NCBI GenBank assembly: GCA_965644265.1
Contig: OZ286462.1
Coordinates: 7,068,001 to 7,132,000, forward strand
Origin: Glycera tridactyla
Lineage: Eukaryota
DNA length: 64,000 bases
Direction: 5' to 3'
Below, piece by piece: positions 10,469 to 24,440 of the stretch. Within the stretch, counting starts at the first letter, position 1; every line of letters starts with the position of its first letter. A model generated the notes under the pieces. The model had not been told where the DNA came from. It worked only from the letters and a program-made list of their open reading frames with translations, and ran no database searches. Position numbers and translations under genes: made by a program.

Positions 10469-12330
10469 CTGTGGAAACAGAAGTAATGCATTGCATGGGA
10501 ATTGTTTATATCTTCTAATCGTCTCCCACATTCCCAGTATCTCCCTCCAAATCAAACTACCATTGCTTCACTTCACCATTGCTCAAATCCTTCCATACAT
10601 CTGGAGTATATATTCACTGATGGCAAATTGATTGACTGATTGGGCTATATTTAACATTGAGAAGACATCAAACATGAATCAAGTCAATCAATCTTTGTCA
10701 CTGAAAGCAGATTGCAGTTTTCTGTATTCATTCTCTACTCCTGCCATTTCTATGCTACATTGCAGACTAGAAAGGTGTTCATAGGACATGGATGATCCCA
10801 TTGAGACCTTGACCTTTGTGTGAGCGACACAGTTTTTGTATGCCTTACGCTGTCTTCATATGATGATCATTTGTACCAATTTATTTCAAAAACCAATCAT
10901 AGAAGATTAAGTTATAGGCCTGAAAACTCTCGGCCAATCAGAGGCCACCATTTGACAGGGGATCACTCAAGCGTGAGGGTACGCTAATCACTAGTGAAGG
11001 TGACTTGGGTGAGTTAATAGATCTGATACGGGAGGGATACAATAAGAAGTTCAGGAGGTAACGAGCAGAAACCATTCAATCAATCAGGCGACAATTTGGT
11101 GGGAAATCACTCATGCATGACTGTTTCTGCACATGACACATGCCTTCCATTTCAACATCAAGATTTTCTCTATATAGAATAAGGATGTGATTGATGAACA
11201 ACCTTATTGCCAATAGTTTGTGGACCAATAAACCCTAATTCCAAAATAATCAGCATAAAATGCTCTTTTCTGGAAAATGATCATAAATGACATGCATATA
11301 TGAGCAGGGCAGGTGGATTTTCATTATGTCTTCTCGCCCTGCATACCTGATGAAGACATGTTTTGCCACCTGAGGCACATTTAAGAAACTGGGCACACAC
11401 ACTTCCACATTCCAATGAGCCCCAAAATTAAAATATCTTATCAAAAGTTGGTAGAACTAGAATTTTAGTGAGGCACCTCCTCACTCAATATGTCTCCCCC
11501 CCCCCGACTTTGTAATTATTCACCACCTGTATACATGCCTGGCATCCCACCTGCTTGCTAATTCATCTTCAAGTAAGCATGAAAAGATAGACATTAATGG
11601 TTGACAACTATCCTTTGAGTGACCAATGTTGTAGTATACCTAGTCATAAGTACGAAAATGTGTCCTGGGGTATGAGGTGTGCTGGGGTACAGGTGGTCTC
11701 TTTGTGTAGGATTTGTCCTTGAGAATATGCCTAGGCATCAGAGAAGTTCAGTTGAATTTGCTTCAGCGGTTTGAGTGGAATTTTGCTGACAGGGGAAGCT
11801 CTTGATCAGGTCTTGATCAGTGACCCAAAAAAACAAGAACAATTCAGCAAATGAGATTTGTCCATATTCTCAAATTCTGAAAATAGCTCCTGTGACCTTG
11901 ACTTTTGACCTTTTGGCACCATCTTCAAAATGCCAGTGTATCACCACTAGCCTGTAGATGCACTCAATGGGTGTGAATGCCCTGCTGAGTGCATGATGTC
12001 ACAGGATGAGTAAATGAGAAAAGTGAAATATATGAACAAAAAAAATACATTTTCACTCTCAAATTATGAACAACCCCCCCCCCCCCCCCCCCCGTAAGTA
12101 ATTGAAAAATCGATGGGTGTGTTGCCATAGATATACAGCCTCTCATAGAGAATTGAGAAGGCTACCCCTGAAACTCAATTTATTGTCCGGAAACCATTTT
12201 GCACTCAGTGACCTTGAAATGCAAGATGTAAATCCATAGTCTAGGAAAGGAGGTATACAAACTTTGAGACAAAAACACACCAGTGGACCAACACAGGGGG
12301 ATGTGACAGTCAAATCGCTAACAGCACTTA

Positions 12331-12512
12331 CAGTCGAACCTCTCTGTAAGGACCGCCTTCGGTCACATCAAAAAGTGGCCTTTATAGGGAGGTGGTCTTT
12401 ATAGAGAGGTCATTCACTGTTGAGAATACTACCACAGTCGCAGCTCAGGGTGGTCTTTATATATAGGGAGGTGGTCTCTATAGAGAAGTGGTCTTTAGAG
12501 GAGGTTTGACTG
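12331..12512. mobile_element. Short MITE of the CAGTCGAACC family (other copies about 9113-9266, 21655-21814, 49576-49735, 50127-50260, 58811-58987)
   Basis: TA-flanked TIRs with GAGGTGGTCT/AGACCACCT subterminal motifs, repeated many times in the window. Confidence 0.8.
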
Positions 12513-12658
12513 TATATACCAATATGCCAAGTATAATAGCCATTGGATATCCACAGGTAGCAACAAGGAGCAGACACAAACAGGGAAGTTAATTAAGTTT
12601 GGGCTTTTGTTTGAGGAGAGAGGGAAAATGAAATCAACGTCTAGTCATTGGAGCAGGA

Positions 12659-13030
12659 CAAAAGAGCATTGTCAGAGACCGAAGAATATCACATAACATG
12701 AATGGAGAGGCATGAGAAATGCGTTCATTTCGGAGAGGTCACAATACAGACTGAGTTTAATTAGGGTACCTTTTTGGTGAAATTTCAGTGAAATTTTTGC
12801 CCCTGGTGATCTTGAAAATCATGTCACATAGACCAAAATCTAATCAGTTCATAAGACCCTCCCAAGGGGTATGCCTGCCAAATTTCATCAAATTCGGATG
12901 TGTAGTTTTGCTGCAATCGTGCTCATGAGGTTTTGTGACAGACAGACGGACAGACGGACAGACGGACAGACGGACAGACGGACAATACGAATTCTATATG
13001 TCTCCCCCATCAGGGGGGGAGACATAATGA
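12659..13030 (+). mobile_element. Helentron/DINE-like non-autonomous element (similar copies, reverse orientation, at about 48790-49090 and 54855-55290)
   Basis: (GACA/GACG)n tract followed by the 3' hairpin ATGTCTCCCCC-loop-GGGGGAGACAT. Confidence 0.6.
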
Positions 13031-14591
13031 ATACCGGTTTCTATAAAAAGATGAGACTCCTCAGTGAACAAATTCAATCCTCATGTCACCACAGGATTCA
13101 TGAGTGGTTGATGTTCCATGTAATTCTCTCCAACAACCATCACCATGATAGACAGGATCAATTCCAGATTAATCAGAGATACAGTAAAACCTGCGACGAG
13201 AGAAACCCTGATGAGAGACCACCTCCGACGGGGGACCGTTTTTTAGGGCAGCTTTTCTATTTGACATAGTCAAATATACCTCTGACAGGAGACCACCTTT
13301 TTTGGGAGACCACATTTTAGTGACATTCAGGGCGGTCTCTCTTCGCAGGTTTCACTGCATAGTCTCCTGAAAACAAATTGTAAAATGATGGAAGTCTACT
13401 AGAAGCATATGCATGGCACAACAGCAACGAACAGGTGGTTCCCAGATAAGCTCTAGAAAGCAAAGGGAATCTGTGGTCTGTCGCTGGCAGATTGCTACAG
13501 TTGCTACTCTTGGTTGAGTTGTTGCCACTCACGATTACCTGGATATATATGGATCAGCCCTCACATTTCTCCTGTATTATGACATCAGCTCACCGGGTCA
13601 CTGCAGGGCAGCCATTCACGAGTCTGAGCCACCTGACAATCTACCATCTGGCTGAATGAGAGTAGGTTCAATCAATCACCGGTGTACCTTATTCCCCTTG
13701 TATCAATAAATGTGAACAAAGACCTTCCAATGATATCCGAGAGACAGATTCTCATATAGTCTCTCAGGAAAGACCAGTATAGTGAAACAATGTGATCTGG
13801 TGATGGATGAAACCCCACCTCTGATGGGAGACTGCTCTTCCAGTGTGCTGCACACCTTTTGCAGAATGAGAAGACAAAGAAATCAACCTGCCCACCTGCA
13901 AAATCAACCTGCCCTGCCTATATGAGCAAGCCATTTATGATCATTTTCCTCCTGCCACCAGAAAAATCTACCTGCCCAGGGCAGGTGGGTGGCTATCTCT
14001 CCTTGCCCTGTTTATTTGAATTAGTCAAATATACCTCTAACAATAGATCACGTCTCTTGAGACCAAATTTTGGTGACATCGAGGTTGACCACTTTTTTGC
14101 GGGTTTCACTGTAATTTGCAAGAAATGCATCTGTGTGCATCCAGAGTGATCTCTGCTCACAGTACAGTTAACCTGTTTTTCATCGGCTCTTTCCTAGTTG
14201 ACAGTGAAATCTACCTCCAATGAGAGACCTCTCTCTTGAGAGGCCGTCTTCGGTTGCATCAAAAAGTGGTCTTTGTAGGCAGGTGGTCTTTATATAGAGG
14301 TCACATTGTTTCACTATACCCGGGGCGTGATACTCAACGGAGGTGTAGCCCTGTACCGTTCCAGATCCAGATCCAGAATTACTGTTGAAAAATACTACCA
14401 CGGTCCCAGCTCAGAGTGGTCTTTATAGGGAGGTGGTCTTTATAGAGAGGTGGTCTTTAGAGCAGGTTTGCCTGTATTAAAATACTATCATTGTCATTGC
14501 TCAGGTTGGCTATGGTATTTAAAGAGGTGATCTCATGGGCAGGTTTGACTGCATTCATTGTACATCGGGAGAATGATGACCAAAGACTTAC

Positions 14592-14749
14592 GCGATGCAG
14601 TTGTCCGGGTCATTGGCGCAGTCGATATTGCAGCGGAATCGTTCCCAGGTCAGCCAGCCCATGGGTGGCGTCAATCCAAGCCCATTGTCCAGACTCAGTA
14701 CTGGACAAGCTGCTATGGACAGCAATGCAACGAGCGCCCACATTTTCAT
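14592..14749 (-). CDS. NAGA: GH27 alpha-N-acetylgalactosaminidase/alpha-galactosidase, first coding exon (signal peptide + [13 protein letters not shown])
   Basis: Translates to [52 protein letters not shown], the GH27 N-terminus. Acceptor TTTTCAG ends at 14756 and the donor is GC|GTAAGT at 14591. Phase 2 matches the next exon. Confidence 0.95.
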
Positions 14750-15116
14750 TAATATCTGAAAACACAAGAATTTCCTGCATAAACACTTGTTCACATTACA
14801 TTCACAAAATTCACTTGTCAAGGTGCGACAAGATGGCCTCCCATGGGCAGGTAGATTTCAAAGGTGGGCAGGTTGATTTTAAAACCTACCTGCGCAATGC
14901 ACAGGGGAGAATGATAACTAATGCAATGAATATATAATGGGGGCATGCTGAATTTTGAAGGGGGCAGGTAGATCTGACATGTACCTGCTTGTCGGACAGG
15001 TGGAATTTTTGATGTTGCGCTCTGCTTGTTCTGTCATCTGAAATTTTTTCCATGAAAAATAGCACTTTGTGCATGGGTATTGGGCAGAATGCAGGCAAAT
15101 AGTGATGATTACACCC

Positions 15117-15147
<31 letters not shown>

Positions 15148-17371
15148 ACACACACATTCTGGCAATCAAACAGGAATGGATTTAAAACTGACGTAAATCC
15201 AGTCAAACATGTCAACGAAGACCCATCTCGATCACATGAAAAAAAGGGCTTTGTGGACAGGACAACCCTGTGGAGGTAATCTATAGTACAAAATTCAAAT
15301 GCGGTCATCTGTTTTGGTGGTCTTAGTAGGTAGGTAGCTTTTGAAAAGACTCCTCAGGAGCTGTCTATATGATCATAAAAGATGGATGACATCAAGATAA
15401 TTCATCAGTTGTCCTTACGAGGAGGACACCATATCCAGTGTGACCTGTGATGAGACCACCCTAATTCTTTGCAAAAAGTGGTCTCTGAAAAGAGGGTCTC
15501 TCATCAGAGGTATATTTGACATAGTCAAATAAGGACGCTGTCCTTCAGAGGTAGTTTTGCTGTACCTCATAAGGGGTTTCCACTTTATAGTAAGCATCAA
15601 GTCATCTACAAATTTTGGAGCAATTGATCAAAGTGAACTGGTAATTCCCAGGAGGAAAATATCGCATTCAGACGTGACAGAGAGAGAGAGATACTGGGAC
15701 TGTATGGACATACATGAACCTCGAGAGCATGTGGAACAGAACAGCTGTTTGAATACCGTTCATGTGACCATCCTGGTGTTGGATCCATCAATTACCTGAA
15801 TCACATGATCACCTGATATATATCAGCTAGTTTTTTATGGACAGCAAATGACGAGAAGGACAAGTGAGTGCCCACCAGCCATGGCAGGGTTTTACACTAA
15901 GGCCTGCCTTACTGGCAAAAACAGGCAGATTACTCGTATGGGTATGCAGAAGGGCAGGTTAGATTCCGATTCCAACTACCCTAGACAAAGCTGAAAAGCC
16001 TAATGCCCTGCATGATTTCATTCCTTTGACCACATTCCTAAGTGTACGGCCAAACTTGCCCCAAGTGCTATTCAATTCCAAACTGTTGATGGGGTACATG
16101 CCAGCATTCTAAATTCAGTGGTGGGTGGGGATGATAAATACAGAATGCCCCTCGTGCAGGGCATGGGGAGGTTGTACCCGGCACTTGGGCCATTCTTTAT
16201 AATCACCATCCCCATGTGACAAAATATGTCTTCCTCATGTGATCGATCCATCGATCTAAATAATTCCCAACTGATTAGCATTACTATGGCACTATTGCAC
16301 TGTGCACTTCAAGGTTTACAAATCCTGTGGCGACCTTGCACAGTGATATGAAAGTTGAACTAGGATGAGATAAACACTGTCTGGTCTGAAAAGCTTATCA
16401 GGGATCAGTCTGATAATGAACACTTGTAATCAACAATCACTCGATGATTTAATTTGTTGTTCCAGCATTCTCAAATTCACTTTATAAAAGTTGATTATAG
16501 TATCAAATTTTGCTAAAATATGGATATGACCTCTCAGCAACCTTTGCTCATCCTTGGATCTCTGGATCTCTAAGCTCATCAAATGTTTGTGGAAACATCT
16601 CAAATCCCTACATCTCAAGAGAAAATCCAGATTCAAATATGACAAAGTGTCAGACAATTGAAGATAAATTATCAGAAAGAATAGAGTCAAACTTCAGAAA
16701 ACAAAATTAATGTCTTACAAAGCTGAGACTCCTCCAGTGTGGGGAGATAGCCTGCCACCTACCCAAGACAGGTAGGTGCCGAGTGGGTAGGATGAATTAT
16801 AATTCACCTGCCTGATGGACAGTAAGAAAATGATAACATCTATGCAATAAATGTATACAGTTGAACCTGTCTACCAAGGTCATGCTTTGTTGCATCAAAA
16901 AGTGGTCCATATAGACAGATGGTCTTTGTAGAGAGGTTGATTACTACATTAGATACTATCATGCTTGTATCTCAGGGTGGCCTTTTTTGGCAAGTGGCCT
17001 TTGTATAAAGGTGGTCTATCAAGCAGGTTTGACAAATGGGAACAGATGGAATTTAGAGGTGGCAGGTAGATTTGAAATCTACATGTCCACTGGACAGGTA
17101 GATTTTTCATATCTTTATGCCTAGCTTCTCTCTGATAGCAAGGCATTCAAGAATAGTGCAGTGCAGAACAGCAGAATTTGCTGTTTTCAATATTAAGTGG
17201 AAAAGGTCAAACAATACATCATGATAGACCTGGGCAGAAGTTTTTAGCAGAAATTATATCATTTATAGTTATTTCTACAATATTGGAAAACAAGCCGAAG
17301 AAAATTTAAACAGAATTTGCAGAATTCCTTGTTTTCCTTTGATGTATTGCCATTGCTACGGATGTTGCATA

Positions 17372-17585
17372 CAGTGTTGGCTCTGAGGCATGGCTGAAGT
17401 GAGACATTTGTCTCGCTACTATTCAAAATTTGAGACAATTTACACAAATATTAAAGGAATGTTATAAGTGTTTGCCCTGGGGTGTGACTGAAGTGAGACA
17501 TTTGTCTAACCACTTTTCAAAATGTGAGACATTACACTCAACTGTGAGACAAATGTCTCACAATCTCCCCTGATATCCAACACTG
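17372..17585. mobile_element. MITE with CAGTGTTGG termini (inverted copy at about 59322-59530)
   Basis: CAGTGTTGG...CCAACACTG with internal GAGACATTTGTCTC repeats in both copies. Confidence 0.6.
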
Positions 17586-20030
17586 TGCATGTACATACTC
17601 TTAAATCGATCCCTTGCATGAATTGAGGTAGGTTTCGAAGAAAACAATAATTTGAACTTTTAAAATAGATAATACATACTGGTACTCCTTTTATAAAAGA
17701 TAATACATTCTGGTACTCCTTTAAAAAAAAGATAATAAATACTGGTACTCCTTTAAAAATAGCAGGGAATGACAAATTCCAACCAGTGATTTTCAAGACC
17801 CTGCATAACCAGTCAGAGCTGTATTACCTAAATAGGCTACATGCATCTAATTGAAACTCACAGATTTGTCAGAAACAAAAGTGCTTACCAAATTTCTTGT
17901 TGGATGCAGATTAGTGTGTTGAAATATAGAGTTGATTATCAGTGGAGAACCAATATGAGTCGAATGTCATGGAAGGAGTTTGAAGTAGTGTGGAGTGAAT
18001 GTATGTGCCGGTAAGCTAGGTACGTCTATTGATAACAGCTGTATGCCGACTACATGGAGGTTATGTACTGAGGGAGGCGAAGCATGTGACTTCAGCCTTC
18101 AGTCACTGAACCCAACTCTGTCGTCGCTGACTGCAGCTGAAATGAGGTCATGTGCTCCTCGATCTGTCGAAGGGTCACACATGACTGAACAACACTCGGG
18201 TCAGGTGAGAGTCATGTGAGGCACGGAACTGTCTGTTATCANNNNNNNNNNNNNNNNNNNNNNNNNNNNNNNNNNNNNNNNNNNNNNNNNNNNNNNNNNN
18301 NNNNNNNNNNNNNNNNNNNNNNNNNNNNNNNNNNNNNNNNNNNNNNNNNNNNNNNNNNNNNNNNNNNNNNNNNNNNNNNNNNNNNNNNNNNNNNNNNNNN
18401 NNNNNNNNNNNNNNNNNNNNNNNNNNNNNNNAGATAATTCATTTCAAGCCCACATAACCAGTGCTGGAAGACCTGTGCTGGAAAACTAGCCCACACTTGC
18501 GACCTGCTGTGTTGGCACAATATTTCCCTGTAGCAAATTTGGCTGAGGCAGCCATTCATTTTAGTCTGACTGTTCATGCGTTTAATGCGTTAATCAAACA
18601 CATTGTGAGGTGACTCAAATTTTGCCGTAATTGTCATTCAAATTGGGTGTATTTAGTTCCTAAAGATGAAAAATCAGTTCTGCAGCCCAAAATATCAGCA
18701 TGAGGATACAATCCATGTCTTAGTTTATTCAGACGAATTCCTTTTAGCCAGGCCCTGGCTAACTGGCTAATGGCTAGCAGGAACATTGTCACTATTGCAA
18801 TATTTTCTGTAGCAAATCTGGCTAAAGCAGTGACAATACAGGGCTTCTCACCCTGCACAAAGTTGAAATTTTTGGGAGCAGTGCAAAATTTTGGTAGCCA
18901 GTCAATACATTGCCAGTTACAACCTCTCAGGCAAGGGACAGTCACATCACGATCCCCAGGAAAATCAATCTGTAAAATCACCCTTGTTTCCAAAATCAAT
19001 CAGGCTTGTCAGCAGACCCCATCACCCATGACTGGCATTGATTGGGGAATGCTATGGATAGCAACTACAAGGATAGCGGTGCTGGTGGCAGTCACCATCT
19101 GTAGAATAATCTATCTCTGAAAGAGCGTTTTTCTCCCAAAATTCAATCAGGCTTGTTGGAGACCCAATATATGGCTGGGGTTCATGGGAGGTCGCCATGA
19201 AAAGCATTGAGTGTGGAGTCTGCTGTGGCTAGGGAAAAGGTGCCATCACCTAAAAAAGTCCATTTCTGAAAAAGCATTTTTGTCCCAAAAATCAATCTGG
19301 CTTGTTCGGGAGTCCCCATCAATAGACAGCATTCCCCAGGGAATGCTATACATCAGTGTTGAGTCTGGTGTAGCTAGGAACAGCCACCAGAGTTCACCCA
19401 TTTAGAATTGCAAAGTTCCATCATTTATCAGGGAAGAAAAACAATTTTAACCCAAAATCAATCAAGCAAAACACTGGTATACTGCCTTAACATCACTATG
19501 TTGTATGGGTGTCAGAGAACCTGGTGACCTGTCTCATTGTTTTCCCTCCTCTCCAGTTGTGCTCTGGCTGTGTTTGTATGTGGAGTTACTTTGCTGTGTG
19601 TTTTTGGCATTATCCTTCACAGGTTGGAATTTTTCAGTCTTCTATCTAAACTGGCGTAATGATGGCTGGATCCACTGGCTGATGTACAATAGCATATGTG
19701 GGCCAAGATTCATGGGGCTCTGCCCCTTGTTGCTGAGCAAAGGGAATTTGACATGTTCTCCACATGACTTTAACATGTGACCTCATGCAGCTGCTGATGC
19801 CGACGCTGATGCCAGGGCGACCACAGTTCTCCTCCTCACCTTCAATGAGGCCAGGTAAATGCTATTGCATAGCAAGTTCTAGCTGCAACTGATGTTGCAG
19901 CTATATGTTCAATGCATACAAGCCTCCACCCATCCCACAATTCGCTTTCACTTTAGGGTCTGGAACACTGTATTTTTCATGCTGAATTGTGCACCTTCAT
20001 CATTTCCTGATATGATCATGATCTCCCCCC

Positions 20031-20065
<35 letters not shown>

Positions 20066-21885
20066 CAAACTCACACTCACACCCACACACACACCAAGGA
20101 GAAGGGGAACATGGGTTGGAGGGTGTGCTNNNNNNNNNNNNNNNNNNNNNNNNNNNNNNNNNNNNNNNNNNNNNNNNNNNNNNNNNNNNNNNNNNNNNNN
20201 NNNNNNNNNNNNNNNNNNNNNNNNNNNNNNNNNNNNNNNNNNNNNNNNNNNNNNNNNAAATCATGTCAGAGACATATTTCCAGATCGTACTGGCAACAGG
20301 TCCATGAAATGTGTTCCAAACACCCAAATTATTTTTCCGTCGGAGACGGTACTGTTTTCGGTTTGGGACTCCCTCCCTTTATAGACAATAATGTCCTGAA
20401 ATATATCAGAGCCAGCCCTAATTCCACACAAGGACAGTCACAGTGAGATCAATCAGGACTCAGCTGGATCCATAGACTGAGAAGTTCACTCCCACATGGT
20501 TTAAACTCTATGGACTAACCAGGATGTCCCCCACCCACCTCCCACCATTCTACATTTTGTGGGGGTGGGGACACCCCAGGCACGGGATCCCTATATTGGG
20601 ATCCTCCGCTCCTTTCTTTGATCATTTAGGCGGTTCCCTGCTAATTCAGCCCGGTGTCAGATCTTAAACAGTTTTCACTTTGAAATCCTGAGAAACTATC
20701 TTGCATAAAAAAATGAAATCTGAAATCAATTTACTCAAAATTGAGGGTGACCATTCAGGCACCAACTCTCAAATTTTATCTCAACAAAATAATTTCTTTT
20801 GATGAGATTGGCCTGCTAAAACTCAAAATGCCAAAGGAGTCATCAGTTGATGGAGACAGCTTAGCACCTGATGAGTCCCTTGAGGGACGAAACAGCATCT
20901 TTATGTCATCATAGATGAAGGTCCCCACCACCATGGCAACCTCTGTCTCAATGCACAATGTCAACAAAACTTGTGCATCCCATAATAGCACTCTAGCTAG
21001 CTAAAACTGATTGTGACATCATCGACGTCACAGATGTCCTTCTGTGACGCCAGATTAAGTGAAACCCGAGGCAAAATTCTTCATGTAGTTTGCATGATGC
21101 ATCCCTACTAGGCTGCCTTCCATGACACTTTATTTGCTAAGATTGACATTTTACCACTTGAAATAGATTAGATCAAACTAAATTTATATCCATCAAAAAG
21201 ATGCTGATCTATCTTGATTTCTGATATCAATTCGTCGATTTCAGTCATAAGTAGTATGTTTGCTAGGAGCGAGAATGAAGTGTTTGGTGATGTAAAAAGG
21301 CTGAGTGTGGGTGAAATTCTGCCACATAGTGAGAGCAAGTGGAACCGCTACTAGGTCAACCTGCACACTGCTGACCCAAGTGGCACTCAGCAATCAGCTG
21401 GAGACTGGATGAATGGGGATAGACAGGTCTCTCACCAGAATCAATGAAATCTCTAGATTCCTTCAGTTTGTCACACTGAACACAGTGAATATCATGTCTA
21501 ATATGCATATTTATTCTCATTTCTCATTAGTTGTCAACATGTGATGAATATAGGAGCAAAACTCGCGTGGAGGATGGTCCGAACATCCTCCACGCTCGTT
21601 TGCTCCAATCTATTTATGATCCATGATGAAATATTCGTGCAAAGGCTGTAAATACAGTCGAACCTGCTCTAAAAACCACCTCTCTATAAAGACCACCTGA
21701 GCTGCGACCGTGATAGTATTTTCAACAGTAAATGACCTCTCTATAAACACCACCTGCCCATAAAGACCGCTTTTGGATGCGACCGAAGGCGGTCTTTATA
21801 TACAGGTTCGACTGTACAGTTAAAATTTGTAGATTAAAAGCACCCTCACTAAGAGTGTGATATATATATTGCGTTACATGGTATG

Positions 21886-21954
<69 letters not shown>

Positions 21955-22040
21955 ATCGACGACCATTCTTCTTTTTGGAGAAATTTCTTGTTTGGCTTGT
22001 ATGGGATTTGAACCATCAACCTTCCAGTTTGGCACCCTCG

Positions 22041-22096
<56 letters not shown>

Positions 22097-22178
22097 GAGA
22101 AGGGGAACACTAGGGTTGGAGGTTTGCTCAGCTACCACACTTCTCCTCGCTTACGCTCGTCGGCGGGTCTGTCAGCTG

Positions 22179-24115
22179 GGGGCGTCTCGATATTCCGAAT
22201 CTCGTAATTCCGAATTTTGTAATTCCGAATCTCGTAATTCCGAATTTCGTAATTCCGAAGCTCAGTACACACTGGCTGAGATTAAGTCATCGTCGCCGTC
22301 GTCGTCATCGTCATCGTCATCGTCATCAATATTCACATCAACCACCACCACCACCATCCCATCAACCCAGGTTGCAGCAGTATCAACAGATTTCGGTCTG
22401 ATACCTCTTTTTACTCCTGTTCAATCACTATGTATGCTGTCATTGCCTGGTAAATAAACGATATCTCTATTGTCTATCAACAACACCACCACCACCATCC
22501 CATCAACCACCACCATCCCATGATTCATCACCACCATCCCATCAACTACCACCGCCATCCCATCAACCACCACCACCACCATCCCATCAACCACCACCAT
22601 CACCACCTTCCCATCAGCCACCACCACAACTGCTATCCCATCAACCATCACCACCATCCCATCAACCATCACCACCACCATCCCATCAACCATCACCACC
22701 AGCATCACATCAACCAGCACCACCCCACNNNNNNNNNNNNNNNNNNNNNNNNNNNNNNNNNNNNNNNNNNNNNNNNNNNNNNNNNNNNNNNNNNNNNNNN
22801 NNNNNNNNNNNNNNNNNNNNNNNNNNNNNNNNNNNNNNNNNNNNNNNNNNNNNNNNNNNNNNNCATCATCCCATCACCCATCACCACTACCATCCTTCGC
22901 ATCGTACCAAAATGACCCTCAAATCTCTTTCTGACAGTTCTCATAGTGTGTTGCATTATTGCATGTGATGCAGTAAATCAGAATGCTACTGTTACATGTA
23001 ACATCTGATTTGCAGCTATAAATTCTGGTATAGAATGTGTCTTGTTAAATTAAGGTGGGTGGGTGGTAAGGGGCATGTAGGTAGGTGTATAGGGTAAGTA
23101 GGTAGGTGGGTGTGTGATGCCGCCATCACACTTGCATCAAATCATTCCGCGACAAGACCAGAGTGAGAAATCTTCGAAAAGTTTGCCGCACCCTTCCATC
23201 ACGTTCCATCAAATCGGTGGTGGTGGTGGTAATGGTGGTGGTGGTGATGATGGTGGTGGTGGTGGTCATTGTGGTGGTGATGGTGATGGTGGTGTGATAG
23301 CAATCCACCCACCAACCCATCCTCCCACCCACTAAACCCATCCATCTACCCACCCACCCATCCACCAACCTACCTACCCACCCATCCTATCACCCACCCA
23401 TCTAACCACCCACCCACCCACCCACTTCACTATGTCCATTTTGTGTAGGTAGAGGTGTGTGTGAACACCACCTAGGCACTAACTCAGCCACCTATCCACC
23501 CACCTGCCGACCCAGTTACCCAATCCACACCCTACCCATCTACCTACCAACCCACACACCTGCTGATCCACCTACCAACCCACTCATCTACCTACTCAGA
23601 CATCACCCATCTACTCACCCACCTATGAAGCCACTTACCCACCCTGTTTGCCCACATGCTTACCCACCCATCTACCCACCCACACACCTACCCTCCCACC
23701 CGTCTACCTACCCACCTACCTGGGCACCTACTATCCATCTATCTATCTGTTCACCTACCCACCCCTACCCACCCTTCCACCCACCTGCCTTCCCAACCAT
23801 CCATCCACCTACACACCCCTACCCACCAACCCACTTACCCAAATACACCCACCCACCTATTCATCTACCCGTTCACCCTCCTGCTTACCCACCCACCTAT
23901 TTGCCCACCCACCTATATGCTCCTAACCATCCACCCACCTACCCACCACTACCTATCCACAAACACCCCCCCCCCCCCCCACACACACACACACACCCCA
24001 GGCATCCAGTTAAGCCCACCTACTCACCCATGTGTACATCCACTTGCTGCTTACCAACTGGCCAAGTTATTCTAATATTCGGAATTACGAGATTCGGAAT
24101 ATCGACATGGAATCC
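22179..24115. mobile_element. Mutator-like non-autonomous element filled with microsatellites
   Basis: 9-bp TSD TGTCAGCTG (22170-22178, 24116-24124). TIRs contain GATATTCCGAATCTCGTAATTCCGAAT / its reverse complement. Confidence 0.8.
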
Positions 24116-24254
24116 TGTCAGCTGCCTCCAGCGACTGTGACACACACACACACACACCTAGGAGAAGGGGAACACTTGGGTTGGAGGGTGTGCTCAGCTG
24201 GCTACCTGGCTACCACACTCACAGAATTTCTTTACACACACGCGCTCGCACACG

Positions 24255-24307
<53 letters not shown>

Positions 24308-24380
24308 GCTACAACTTGGCAATGGAATCGAGAAAGGGGAGTGCGTAAACACTGGTAAAATTCGAATCATTGCGACTTAC

Positions 24381-24440
24381 CTGGCACAAATGCTACAGTC
24401 GAGACCGGCTTTGCGTCAACTGATCAGCGATCATGTGACC
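24381..24440 (-). promoter_or_regulatory. Candidate non-coding first exon/promoter of the GH27 gene with an M-box/CLEAR-like site
   Basis: Minus-strand donor CAG|GTAAGT at 24380. TCATGTGA at 24431-24438 and TGACGCAA (minus strand) at about 24411-24418. The first coding exon has an acceptor, so an upstream exon or trans-splicing is required. The assignment is inferred. Confidence 0.35.

Noticed and set aside
22421-24140. His/Pro/Thr-rich ORFs up to 227 aa
   Set aside because: Translations of microsatellite tracts inside the MULE-like element.
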